A stretch of 32,640 bases of DNA, taken from NCBI GenBank assembly GCA_032718475.1, contig JAUCBJ010003328.1, positions 1 to 32,640 on the forward strand, in the 5' to 3' direction. This DNA comes from Nemertoderma westbladi (taxonomy: Eukaryota; Animalia; Xenacoelomorpha). The notes beneath the pieces were generated by a model, which was not told the DNA's origin, did not search any database, and saw only the letters and a list, made by a program, of their open reading frames with translations. The translations under genes and the position numbers were made by a program. Below, piece after piece: positions 1-11,558 of the stretch (positions are counted from its first letter, which is position 1; each line of letters starts with the position of its first letter).

Positions 1-331
1 TATGAAAGTTATCATATTAAATCTTTATCTTGAAAACAGGTGTTTTCAAAGCAATATAATTGAAGTTCATCATTGTCTTAATGGAATATTAGATTTCTGT
101 TGTATTGTTGTAATATTCATCCGCGTTAATGCAGTAGTACCATGGCCATGGTAGTACAGTAAATGCAGTGCTGCAAACTTGTTCTCTCTTACCGGTAGTC
201 TGAATGAAAGTCGTAGGCCTAACAGCCTAAAGCTGTAAAGCATTTCAGCATTTAGCCCTTAACTTCACATTTGCGCATTTCCTAAATGCATTTCCTTTAG
301 GCCTACATAATTAACCTTGGCGCTTGGCATA

Positions 332-3300
332 ATGTTCTCCGTGGTGAAGTTTATTGTCGATAATAGTCTATTAACAGTCCCGACCCGTTGGTTGTCGACT
401 GATAATGAGGTGGATGGAAATGGCGAAACGGTACGGGTAACTTACTGCCCTTACCCTTCAAACATCCAGAGATTATCTAATGAAAAGTTTAAAAAACTTA
501 GGAAACAATCAATGTTGGAACCATCTGATATGCTGGACTGGGAACATTACGATGTTTTTATTATCGATCAAAAAGGTAAGCCTCTAGCTGTCTAGCTCTA
601 CTGAATAATTACCGGTACATGTCTGCCTGTACAGGTGACAGGTAGGGTAGCCTGGCAGACCTTTACCTACCGGCAGATATTTTTAGTAAAACACTGTAAA
701 AAGTACCGGTCTGCCGGTAGCCCTAAAGTAAAGTGAAGTAAATTTTCTTCGGCCGTTAGGCCGGGGGCGGGTTTACACACAAAGTCTGACGACTTATTTC
801 CAGTGCGGTCCCCCCAGAACTTTACTCCCCAGAGGAAACTGCAGTACCTGTACCCATTTAGCTACCAATTAAGGATGAAAGGCTCAGATGCGCCCTGGCT
901 AGTCCCCTTTAAAGCATTCGTGCCGAAACGAAAACTGCCCTTGCCCATGTGGCATGTGGGGGGGGGGGGGGGGGGGGGGGATTGAACCCGCGACCTACAG
1001 AGAGATGTGAATTCAATGCAAATGCAACCACTACACCAAGGTATTTAACTGTTACCAGTTTTACCACTACACCAAGTGGGACCGGGTTGACGACCTACTA
1101 CAGTACTATGCTTTACTTTAGATAACGGTACCATGAGTTTAATTTATATTACAGATTCGTTCAACCTGGCGGAGGAACAATTGATTAGAGCCAAGGATTG
1201 CTTTACACCTTCGAAAAAAAGAGCAGTTGTTCCCGTTCAAAGGTAAGAACTATGATGTAAAGGCATGAGCATCATATTGGCTGGTTAAAATATATCTCCT
1301 TATGTGAATGAGTGAGTCTACAATACCGGTAGTAGGTTAGGGCGATGTAATACTGGTCTCATTGTTAGGTTTAGGTGGTCATTGAATTAAAGATAGGGTC
1401 AACTGGGGGAATTTGGGACATAAAACATTTTAGAAAAATATGTGAAAAATGTACAGGGTAAAATGTGTAGGGTGTAAAATGTACTAGTTGCTAGTTTTGT
1501 ATATTGGGTGATTTCAAAGCGCATCAGTGATCAGTATGCTACAACAGGTAGCCTACTGATACAGACAGACAAAAAACTGAAAATAGTAAAGCACAAACAG
1601 TTGCGTGTACCAGTGTGGGCAGTCTAAAATGCTTTTTTTTTACTATTTTCAGTTTTCAGAGGTACCGGTATAGCTAACATCTGAACAGTCAGTGTTCGGC
1701 TGTTGCAGTCTTTGTATCCTTTATTTATTTATTAGTCATACTATTTTTTTACAATCACAATATTTATTTTTTAAACCTATAGCCTATATGATGTCCCAAA
1801 TTACGCCTAACGTATAGGAAGCTAAATTTTTTCATGGATGTATGGCTATTATTATATATTATTATTATTATGTTATTATTAATTATTATATATTTTTCTT
1901 ATTTATATGATAATATGTACAGATCTGATATAGGCCTACCGGTATTTAAGAGAACTGTACGCCCTGAAATTCAGTGAATTGCGTCCTGCAATGAACTTTA
2001 TATATTTGCAGGGGTTCATTCGTTTATTCGTCCGGGCGAATAGATACACCGGTTAATACAATTCAAAATCGAAATACTCTTATTGAGTTGGGGCTAGATC
2101 TCGATCGAGGTGAGTCAGGTGAATTTTGTTACCGGTACCAGCATTTTTAGTCAAATACCTAACCCTATGTAAGCATTGAGCATTTTTGCATGACAGTTTT
2201 AATTAGGATTGGGGGCTGACTAACCATGCCCAAAATAATGAACCAATAATACTCTAGCTCCCCCCCCCCCCCCCCCCCTAGCCTGTTCAAATTCACTGTA
2301 CAAACTCATAAATTAATAATATTTTAGTAATTCTGTATTGCTGTATTAATTGTATACTTGTATACGTAACTGTACGGTCTGGTCTGGTGTAGCATTTTTC
2401 GGCACCTGAAACATGACTGTTCCTTAATTTTTAGTTTCATTAGCTCAACACCAATTAATTTATTACAGATAACAGCGTCGCACCACCTAACTTAGAAGAA
2501 CCAGAAAGTTTATTGGATGAAGTTGATGGAAGTTCAGAAATACCACCTGACTTAGAAGAACTAGAAAGTTTATTGGATGAAGATGATGGAAGTTCAGAAA
2601 AACATGGAGGTACCGGTATTTAAACTTTTTAAAATAGACTATCGGGTAGACAGACAGACAGCCAAGCCATATATCGAGAAGTAAAATATAATCTTGCTTA
2701 GAGTCCGTTCAAATGTCGATGGTGTTTTTCTAAGTGTCACAAACGCCAGTTTCATAACAAAGGGCACATTCCATCCTTCCTTACTGTGATTGTATATTTT
2801 GTTGTCCTATATTTTAACGCAGATCCATCGGTTAACGCTTCTGCATCGTGGCATGATGTTCCACAACCAACTACACTGCCGAACGCAGGCATTGCCATGC
2901 AACAGATGGCCAACAATGACACATGTTACCAGGGTGTCGGTGATATTTTTCAGGAGCTTGATGCGGCCACGACACAGGAGGAGTTTGATGCGGCCACGAC
3001 ACAGGAGGAGTTTGATGCGGCCACGACACAGGAGGAGTTTGATGCGGCTACGACCCAGCAGAATGGTTGGTATCATATCTGTTAGCGGCGTAGATTAGAC
3101 CCCAGAATCTACCCCCTCAGTTTGTTGGTAATATATAATTTAGCTTACTAGTTATACTACATTTATTATTTACTATTTCTGGCGTAGTTGGTCTTTTCCT
3201 AAATGCGGCCCTGCCTATACCCCACCCCCGGGCGGGGTGGGTGGGGTATAACTTATTCGCGTAAATACAGTAAGATACATGTTTGTGGGGCTTTCGCGCA

Positions 3301-6300
3301 GCACGAGACTCAGTTAACCTGAGAAGCTGTAATCTATAGTACTTGCAACCAATCCACTTCTCAGCTGAGCTTCTATATACAGTAAGTATGTAAACATCAA
3401 CCGGGCCAGCATACACCTGCCTCTCTTATGAATGCAATTAGTGGATGGAGGGACAATTTGTAAATTTCCCGCCCAGGTACGGCGTCTAGACGAAGTGGAT
3501 ATTTAGCGCCTCCTAGTGACGGACCGTGAAATTGTGGGAAGCTATAAACTCTATGTACTCATTGAATTACGAATATTCCATACGTCAATCTGTGAAAGTT
3601 TCATCAAAATTGATGCAATGCTAAAGTTATTAAACCTAGACGAAGTGATGCGGTACCGCTAGAATACCTACCGGTACCGACTGACAGACTGTCTGATTTT
3701 TGACCAAACCTCATATTCTTTCTAAACTTTTGACGTACTACATACAGTACATACAAAGTTTGGTTTAATATCATCAAGGAATTACAAAGTTATTAGTGAT
3801 CAAAAGTTAGACGTGTGACGACTACGACAGACAACTCGTTAATGGTACCCATATGCTAAGGCTTCGCTCACTTCGTGGCTCGACAATACAGTCCCAGTCA
3901 GTTATATATTGAGTTGATTATACATTAACTTAGTTCAGATAAGCCCTCCAGTATTCAAATTATTTATACTTCATTATATAATTTGTTTTTTTCTCCGTAG
4001 ATTGCATTGATACCAATGGAGATTGTGATGATGTTTCCATGCCACAAAAATCAAAAGACTCTCATATACCTAGAATCTGTAAACTCTGTCACAAAGAAAC
4101 GCTTCGAATTAATGATCATCTACGCAATCGACACCAAATACAACATGCCGGGGTTTTAAGCCGGCTGTCTCTGGAGAGTAAAGAACTATATTTTAAGAAA
4201 TCTGGTGTGATAAGATTATATAAAAGTGGTAAAAAGAAACCGAATCGTCGAATATCGCGGTGCTTAATTTGCAATAAATGTTTTTATAAGATTGGTGACC
4301 ATCTGACTTGTAAACACAATCTTCTACCCGGAGATCCAGAGCGTGAACGAATGTTACATGATCCAAGTCGTTATATACTACCTGCTATTGACGCTGGTGA
4401 ACCAGGTGAACCTCCTATGATGGATCAATTTATGGATTATTTGAAAGCAGATTATAATGAAGAATCATTAAAAGAAAGAGAGAGGGATATCTTAATGATA
4501 GCTTCGAGTGTGAGAACATTCTTTAAACATATGGGTGATAATAAAGAGAACTACATACTAAGGTTCGATGAGATAAGTGATCCACAAAAATTACATAATG
4601 CATACTGTCAAGTAGCTTCTGAGAAAATTCGTGGTGGTGGCACCCGGTCTGCCAATACACTGAAAGCCGTACTAAGGAGACTTCAGAGATACTTTGAATT
4701 TCTTGTCTTAAATGATGTTAGCGGGGCCGTGAAAGGCCTGACAGTGACAAAAGATTTACAACGGCGACAGAAGTCCGATGTTAGAAAGCACGCCTATACA
4801 GTTCGCCAAAGGGCTACGGAAACCATGCCTACAGCTGAGGAGATAAATAAGTTTCAGACGTCTTCATATATTGATAAAATTCGCGACAATATTACAAGGT
4901 TACCTGACGTTGATGACAAAGACGAACTGACAGAAATGCAAACGTATCTTATAAGTCTAATAATATACGACCTGGGATTGCGAGAGTGTGTTGTAAAGAA
5001 CTTAAAAGTGAAACATTTCAAGGAGGGTTTTGTAACCACAGATATCAGCGGTAATAATGTGTTTATTTTTCAAGTACCAAATCACAAGACCTCAGGATTT
5101 TATGGACCACAGAAAATTATCATTAGCTATAAGGATTACGTTTTATTAAAGAAATGGGTTTATATCGGTCGCACATTATACACTTCTCGTACGTTGTCTT
5201 CTGATTCAAGTTTCGTATTTGTGACACGTAATGGAGAGCAACTTAACAACACCAGCATCCCACTTAATAACCTGTGGCAAAAACTCGTCCCAGGTTCCAA
5301 GTCGAAGGCAGGATCGACTAGTTTTCGGCACGCCAAGAGTTTTTTCAACCAAAGACTACCAGGAGAAGTCCATGAAAAAGAAAACGCTGCTCACTCAATG
5401 GGTCATTCTAGGGAAACACAATTACGGATATATGAGGCTGTTCAGTCAACCAGTGAGGCTTTATCAGCACGTGATAGACATCAAAGGGCATTCAACTTTG
5501 CTCTTTCACATCCTGGTTCTACTGCTCCAGACACCAATGCTATAGGACCAGATTCCAATGCTACAGGACCAGATTCCAATGCTACAGGACCAGATTCCAA
5601 TGCTACAGGACCAGATTCCAATGCTACAGGACCAGATTCCAATGCTATAGGACCAGATTCCAATGCTACAGGACCAGATTCCAATGCTATAGGACCAGAT
5701 TCCAATGCTATAGGACCAGATTCCAATGCTACAGGACCAGATTCCAATGCTACAGGACCAGATTCCAATGCTATAGACGTTTCACCTTCAAGAGAAAAGT
5801 TTGTTTTTTATTTATATAATTATAGTTTTGTTTTGACCTCAGGCCAATATTATTTATTTATTAATATTTATTATATCACCACCATAAAAACACAAACAAT
5901 GCAAATTATAATATGCTACTATAAAATTTTGTTGTTGGTGTTTATGGTATACTGTCAATTAATTATGACCCAGACAATCAACCCTATATCCTACCCACAT
6001 AATAATATAGATTGAGATTTTATTGACTTCTTGCAGCGAACAACTTATAAACGAGCACAGTATATCGAATATTACATAATGTAAAATAGCGATAAATTGT
6101 AATTAAGAACGATTTACTACTAATAGTCTAAATGCTTATTAACAAGGACAGCTAATTCCGACCCACTAAAATATCCATGAAACTTAATTGGGCCGCAATT
6201 GTCGGTGTTGGATTTTCCGGGTCGCAAGTGTTCGGGTCGGAATTGTCGGTGTTGGATTTTCCGGGTCGCAAGTGTTCGGGTCGGAATTGTCGGTGTTGGA

Positions 6301-7592
6301 TTTTCCGGGTCGCAAGTGTTCGGGTCGGAATTGTCGGTGTTGGATTTTCCGGGTCGCAAGTGGTCGTGTCGGAATTGTCGGTGTTGGATTTTCCGGGTCG
6401 CAAGTGTTCGGGTCGGAATTGTCGGTGTTGGATTTTCCGGGTCGCAAGTGTTCGGGTCGGAATTGTCGGTTTGGTGGTCGGAATTGTCGGTGTTGGATTT
6501 TCCGGGTCGCAAGTGTTCGGGTCGGAATTGTCGGTGTTGGATTTTCCGGGTCGCAAGTGTTCGGGTCGGAATTGTCGGTGTTGGATTTTCCGGGTCGCAA
6601 GTGTTCGGGTCGGAATTGTCGGTGTTGGATTTTCCGGGTCGCAAGTGTTCGGGTCGGAATTGTCTGTGTTGGATTTTCCGGGTCGCAAGTGTTCGGGTCG
6701 GAATTGTCGGTGTTGGATTTTCCGGGTCGCAAGTGGTCGTGTCGGAATTGTCGGTGTTGGATTTTCCGGGTCGCAAGTGTTCGGGTCGGAATTGTCGGTG
6801 TTGGATTTTCCGGGTCGCAAGTGTTCGGGTCGGAATTGTCGGTTTGGTGGTCGGAATTGTCGGTGTTGGATTTTCCGGGTCGCAAGTGTTCGGGTCGGAA
6901 TTGTCGGTGTTGGATTTTCCGGGTCGCAAGTGTTCGGGTCGGAATTGTCGGTGTTGGATTTTCCGGGTCGCAAGTGTTCGGGTCGGAATTGTCGGTGTTG
7001 GATTTTCCGGGTCGCAAGTGTTCGGGTCGGAATTGTCTGTGTTGGATTTTCCGGGTCGCAAGTGTTCGGGTCGGAATTGTCGGTGTTGGATTTTCCGGGT
7101 CGCAAGTGTTCGGGTCGGAATTGTCGGTGTTGGATTTTCCGGGTCGCAAGTGCTCGGGTCGGAATTGTCGGTGTTGGATTTTCCGGGTCGCAAGTGTTCG
7201 GGTCGGAATTGTCGGTGTTGGATTTTCCGGGTCGCAAGTGTTCGGGTCGGAATTGTCCGCTTATTAATTACAGTATTATCCCATCGTATTGTTTTTTTTA
7301 TATTCATTCATACATTCTCATGTAATCTTACATATTTCATACTTTCTTGTTTAGGAATGTGAATAATACGAGGAAGATTAAACAACTGCTGAAATCCAAG
7401 CGGGCTGTTTGGTCACCGAATTCATCTGTACGTCTCTGCGAAGCCTTCAGAGAAGAGATAAACGGAAAGCGGATTCCGAGAAATAATACCAAAATTGCCT
7501 CTGTCCGTCGTCTATTTCCCGGAAAAACTGACAAACAAATATACCAACGACTCAACGTTCTCAAACTAAAGATGAAACATGCCAAACCTTAA
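332..7592 (+). CDS. Spliced tyrosine recombinase gene (~949 aa): N-terminal domain, acidic linker, 2 C2H2-like Zn fingers, YR catalytic domain, GPDSNAT repeat, Myb/SANT-like C-terminus
   Basis: Hand-built exons: 332-575, 1155-1242, 2012-2109, 2469-2609, 2823-3065, 4001-5798, 7355-7592. All six introns are GT..AG, the phases match at every junction (1,2,1,1,1,2), and the 2850 nt contain no internal stop. AATAAA overlaps the stop. Not confirmed by transcripts. Confidence 0.72.
724..1041 (-). mobile_element. tRNA-derived SINE with Nin/Deu-like central domain (in intron 1)
   Basis: Minus strand has an A box (TGGTGTAGTGG), a B box (GGTTCAATCCC), a Nin-like core GCCTTTCATCCT..TAAATGGGTAC and a TTTAC/TTCAC-type tail. 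Confidence 0.65.
1394..1815. mobile_element. Degenerate MITE, possibly pogo-like
   Basis: Perfect 12-bp inverted repeat AATTTGGGACAT (1410-1421) / ATGTCCCAAATT (1791-1802). Exact ends unclear. Confidence 0.4.
2482..2600 (+). repeat. 60-bp coding duplication (PPxLEExESLLDExDGSSE x2)
   Basis: Two near-identical 60-bp units inside predicted exon 4. Confidence 0.9.
2951..3058 (+). repeat. 27-bp coding minisatellite (QEEFDAATT, ~4 copies)
   Basis: CAGGAGGAGTTTGATGCGGCCACGACA units in predicted exon 5. Confidence 0.9.
3280..3886. mobile_element. Non-autonomous dispersed repeat, Helentron/HINE-like (copy 1)
   Basis: Ends GTGGGGCTTTCGCGCAGCACGAGACTCAGTTAAC and AATGGTACCCAT..AAGGCTTCGCTCACTTCGTGGC, a GACA/GAC microsatellite, and internal degenerate TAGACGAAGTG repeats. 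Homologous to 16511-17290 and 26911-27140. Confidence 0.6.
4001..5798 (+). CDS. Main exon: Zn fingers plus tyrosine recombinase catalytic domain
   Basis: Fingers CKLC..H..H and CLIC..H..H. YR catalytic residues occur in order: R (GLRECV, 4981), K (HKT, 5086), xxR (TSFRH, 5326), H (MGH, 5404), Y (RIYE, 5431). The ORF tail after 5798 is AT-rich intron read-through. Confidence 0.88.
5536..5776 (+). repeat. 21-bp coding minisatellite (GPDSNAT/I, ~11 copies)
   Basis: AATGCTAYAGGACCAGATTCC units in frame downstream of the YR domain. Confidence 0.95.
6143..7258. mobile_element. MULE/foldback-like non-autonomous element made mostly of a 44-bp tandem array (~23-24 units), in intron 6
   Basis: Unit GGAATTGTCGGTGTTGGATTTTCCGGGTCGCAAGTGTTCGGGTC, with an inverted partial copy (GGACA..AATTCCGACCC) at 6146-6164. 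A 9-bp direct repeat GCTTATTAA at 6134-6142 and 7259-7267 is TSD-like. The array is certain; the MULE class is inferred. Confidence 0.62.
7355..7592 (+). CDS. Terminal exon encoding a Myb/SANT-like helical domain
   Basis: KRAVWS..LCEAFREEI..IP..LFPGKTDKQIYQRL pattern. Acceptor TTTCTTGTTTAG ending at 7354 is in phase 2 with the donor at 5799. Confidence 0.65.
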
Positions 7593-7596
7593 TAAA
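7591..7596 (+). promoter_or_regulatory. Candidate polyadenylation signal of the YR gene
   Basis: AATAAA overlapping the TAA stop at 7590-7592. Confidence 0.45.
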
Positions 7597-7779
7597 CAAA
7601 CCGAACGTTATATCATATCTGTCGGCCTAGTTAAATTCATAGTTAAGTGAAGTGGGGGTTCTATAACTCACAAGAGCTAATCCTGAACATTGTTGTTGGC
7701 AAGCCTCATATTTGGACCCAATTTTATTGGAAAAATGTATAATGTTTCTGCATATAAAAATATGATCTATAAATGATTA

Positions 7780-8163
7780 TAAACAAATAATTCCAAGTTA
7801 TTTAGTTTAGTTTTTCAGAGTTATAGAACCATCCCCGAAATATTTGATTCTTGGAATGTAATCGTCTAGTTGTATTTTAATCATATAGTTTAGTTAGGCC
7901 TATCTTCTTAATAATTCAATTCTTTGTGCTTTTTTATTCTAATTCTTTTAAATTTAACACTTAACAAACACACAGTTATAACAGTTAAACAAATAATTCC
8001 AAGTTATTTAGTTTAGTTTTTCAGAGTTATAGAACCATCCCCGAAATATTTGATTCTTGGAATGTAATCGTCTAGTTGTATTTTAATCATATAGTTTAGT
8101 TAGGCCTATCTTCTTAATAATTCAATTCTTTGTGCTTTTTTATTCTAATTCTTTTAAATTTAA
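7780..8163. repeat. Direct duplication of ~178 bp (offset 206)
   Basis: 7780-7957 matches 7986-8163 essentially exactly. Confidence 0.92.
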
Positions 8164-8878
8164 TAATAATTAAAATTAGTTTTTAGACAATTTATTTGCA
8201 TTTCTCATTGCTCGCCCCGCCCCCTTTAGGAGGACTTAGTATTAGATTGTGACTGACCGACATCAGTGTCAGTATTTCGATAACGGGTATTTCGTCGGAT
8301 AATAATTTGGATAATGGGCGTAACAGGCGTTATGGATCTAGGCATTCTAGGGCGTTTCGTCCCGCAATATTTAAATGGCTGTAAAAATGGGCCTGTAATT
8401 GAAAAATTAAGTTGTTTATTAATTATTTGAAAGATAGACAGATGTTATAAGTCCCTAATAATAGTTAGTTAAGAATTAAAATAATACAGTATTAGGTCGT
8501 GGCAATGACCACTTTACACATCGAAACATTAACAATACAAGTTGTCTAATAATAAGCATGATCGATAAATTATTTATGCTTATTTTTACACGTTAAGTAT
8601 CATAAATGTACAAATAATCTAATATGTGATATATTTCTGACTCACAAAATTTATGTAAAATCAATCAAAAAATTTCTTAATTTCAATAATATCCGGCCTC
8701 TGTCACAATAGCCACATGGCCATATAGCCGTTACGCACTACCGCCACAATTTACACTATATGGCCCCGATATAAATCAAATTTCACACAAAGGCCACATC
8801 TGTATATATCATGGCCTTATGGTGTCGTTTAAGATATATATATATATGTACTCAATGTCTATAGCGGCGATCTGAAGG

Positions 8879-10126
8879 TCAATGCGTGGGACCCTCACGA
8901 GGAACATTGCGGGCGCGGGCTGCCTTTTGGGGAGCACCCTGGGCGACCTTGCGGTGTGCACCCTGACCCTGGGCGACGTTGAGTGGAGCACCCTGACCCT
9001 GGGCGACGTTGAGTGGAGCACCCTGACCCTGGGCAACGTTGAGTAGAGCACCCTGACCCTGGGCGACCTTGCGGTGTGTACCCTGACCCTGGGCGACGTT
9101 GAGTGGAGCACCCTGACCCTGGGCGACGTTGAATGGAGCACCCTGACTCTGGGCGACGTTGAGTGGAGCACCCTGACCCTGGGCAATGTTGAGTGGAGCA
9201 CCCTGACCCTGGGCGACGTTGAGTGGTGCACCCTGACCCTGGGCGACGTTGAGTGGAGCATCCTGACACTGAGCGACGTTGAGTGGAGCACCCTGACCCT
9301 GGGCGACGTTGAGTGGAGCACCCTGACCCTGGGCAATGTTGAGTGGAGCACCCTGACCCTGGGCGACGTTGAGTGGTGCACCCTGACCCTGGGCGACGTT
9401 GAGTGGAGCATCCTGACACTGAGCGACGTTGAGTGGAGCACCCTGACCCTGGGCGACGTTGAGTGGAGCACCCTGACCCTGGGCGACGTTGAGTGGAGCA
9501 CCCTGACCCTGGGCGATGTTGAGTGGAGCACCCTGACCCTGGGCGACGTTGAGTGGAGCACCCTGACCCTGGGCGACGTTGAGTGGAGCACCCTGACCCT
9601 GGGCGACGTTGAGTGGAGCACCCTGACCCTGGGCGACGTTGAGTGGAGCACCCTGACCCTGGGCGACGTTGAGTGGAGCACCCTGACCCTGGGCGACGTT
9701 GAGTGGAGCACCCTGACTCTGGGCGACGTTGAGTGGTGCACCCTGACCCTGGGCGACGTTGAGTGGAGCACCCTGACCCTGGGCGATGTTGAGTGGAGCA
9801 CCCTGACCCTGGGCGACGTTGAGTGGAGCACCCTGACCCTGGGCGACGTTGAATGGAGCACCCTGACCCTGGGCGACGTTGAGTGGAGCACCCTGACCCG
9901 GGGCGACATGGTGAGGAGCGTCCTGGTCGACATATTTTCTGAACACGAGCTCCCGATCGGTTGGCACTATTCTGATAATATGTACACGGGCAGCCATCAC
10001 CATCCCTTCCACGTTAGTGGCCGACTTCGCCCACCCAAACAGATTCCACCCACGATCTCCTTACCGGTCGAGTTTACCAACAACGTGGGCCCGGGCAGCG
10101 CCCCCTGGGATGCGATTCGTCTTTGC
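8879..10126 (-). pseudogene. Unknown protein exon with (QGQGAPLNVA)n repeat and a premature TAA at 10061-10063
   Basis: Acceptor CATGTAG ending at 10127. The frame reads AKTNRIPGGAARAHVVGKLDR*GDRGWNLFGW..VFRKYVDQDAPHH, then the repeat, then TGA at 8879. GC-rich against AT-rich flanks. Confidence 0.45.
8931..9910. repeat. 30-bp minisatellite, ~33 units
   Basis: Unit GGGCGACGTTGAGTGGAGCACCCTGACCCT; variant units recur at 150-bp spacing. Confidence 0.97.
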
Positions 10127-10847
10127 CTACATGATTATATAAAAGGTGTAATTGAAACATAAAAAAATTTGGATATTCTTGTCCCATGCATTTTTACAAG
10201 TATTTTTGTTATTCTATAAATAGTACAATTCAACATACTGTATGTAGTAATTCAATTAATTAATATAATTCAAAAGCTTGAGTTCTAATTTTTGCTATTA
10301 GTTTTTGTAAATATGATAACTTTTATCCAAAAACACATTAGGTTCTAAAATGTCAAACATGTGAGTGCCATATAGTTAGTTTTTTAGTTTATACTAATAT
10401 GATTCATTACAGCAAATGTATTGTAGTTTTGTATTATATTATAAATAATATTATATATTATTTATCTATAATAGTAAATAATAATATAATATCTTAATAA
10501 CTATTTATTCACAAAGAGCGACCAATACATTCTATTTGTAAAGTAATATATTTTATCTAATAACCTTTAACATTAGAGCTCTGTAAAATCAATATAGGGA
10601 AGAATAGAAAAGATATACTTTATATGTCTAGACTCTCTCATTACACTGAAAGTCAACTTGTTTTCCGTTACCATAGACACTGGTGCTTTACTTTACACAT
10701 AAGGTACATTTCCTATTTATTTATTACTCAATTCTAGGTGCGCTTTATCGAAGAATAATGAGGTAAACTCATTACTGCAGAAATAATGAGGGCGGAAACG
10801 TCGTGACTCATTATCGAATACTTCCTCAAGCACGACATCGGCATTAA

Positions 10848-11558
10848 GGGGGGGGTACACCATTTTGGTCCAAAATATGTCAAAATTTTTTTTATGGTAT
10901 ATTGTAATGCACAATTGAATGGTGTTTCCAAATCTGAAAACCGCTATTTAATAGCTCTTTTAGTTTTCAAGTTATGTAAATTTCCATTTACGGAATCCTA
11001 TTGAAATTACTATTACTATGTATAATGAAAGGTCGATTATCTCCAAATATTTTTTTCATGAAATTGTCAACTTCAAAACCCTACTACTTCTACAATTTTT
11101 GAGTAATTAGTCTGAAACTTCCTGTGGGTGTCTAGATAGCCACCCTGCATAAAAGTATCAGGCAACTTTTCGAAATTTTTTGTTAATAAAATTTAATACT
11201 ATTTATAAAAAACCTAAAAATTTGCATAAATTTGCAGCGCCACCTAGCAGAGCAGAATTATTTTAACAAAATTTCGCCTGATAGTTATGTTGCCCCATCT
11301 TTGATCTATCATATAAAATAACTTTCATGTGATTAGGTTCAAAACTGTAAAAGCCTTAGGGTTTTAAGCGCAACCAAGTTTTTTTTGTTGTTAACTAGTA
11401 TTAACTAATATTAAATAGCGAAAAAAAAAAATTTTCTGACCTGTCATGTAGAATAGCATCTTAGGCACCTATATGCCAAATTTTAGCCAAAATCAAACAA
11501 TTTTGAAACGCTGAGAGTGATAAATCGAAGAGTTGTCCGAAAATGGTGTACCCCCCCC
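10848..11558. mobile_element. Kolobok-type non-autonomous DNA transposon (711 bp)
   Basis: TTAA TSDs at 10844-10847 and 11559-11562; perfect 19-bp TIR GGGGGGGGTACACCATTTT. GG..CC termini with TTAA fit Kolobok rather than piggyBac. Confidence 0.85.

Noticed and set aside
975-1041. Functional tRNA gene
   Set aside because: A and B boxes are present, but there is no clean cloverleaf and it continues into a SINE body and tail.
5799-6015. Hydrophobic C-terminal tail of the 658-aa ORF as a transmembrane segment
   Set aside because: It is AT-rich read-through past the donor at 5799; splicing to 7355 gives a better domain.
6120-7362. Six long ORFs of 321-395 aa across the 44-bp array
   Set aside because: They are artefacts of a stop-free 44-bp unit cycling through the frames; the array lies in a predicted intron.
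8809-10162. Alternative frames of the 30-bp repeat (STSPRVRVLH; plus-strand TLTLGDVEWS)
   Set aside because: Their non-repeat flanks look less protein-like and I found no supporting splice sites. Not fully excluded.
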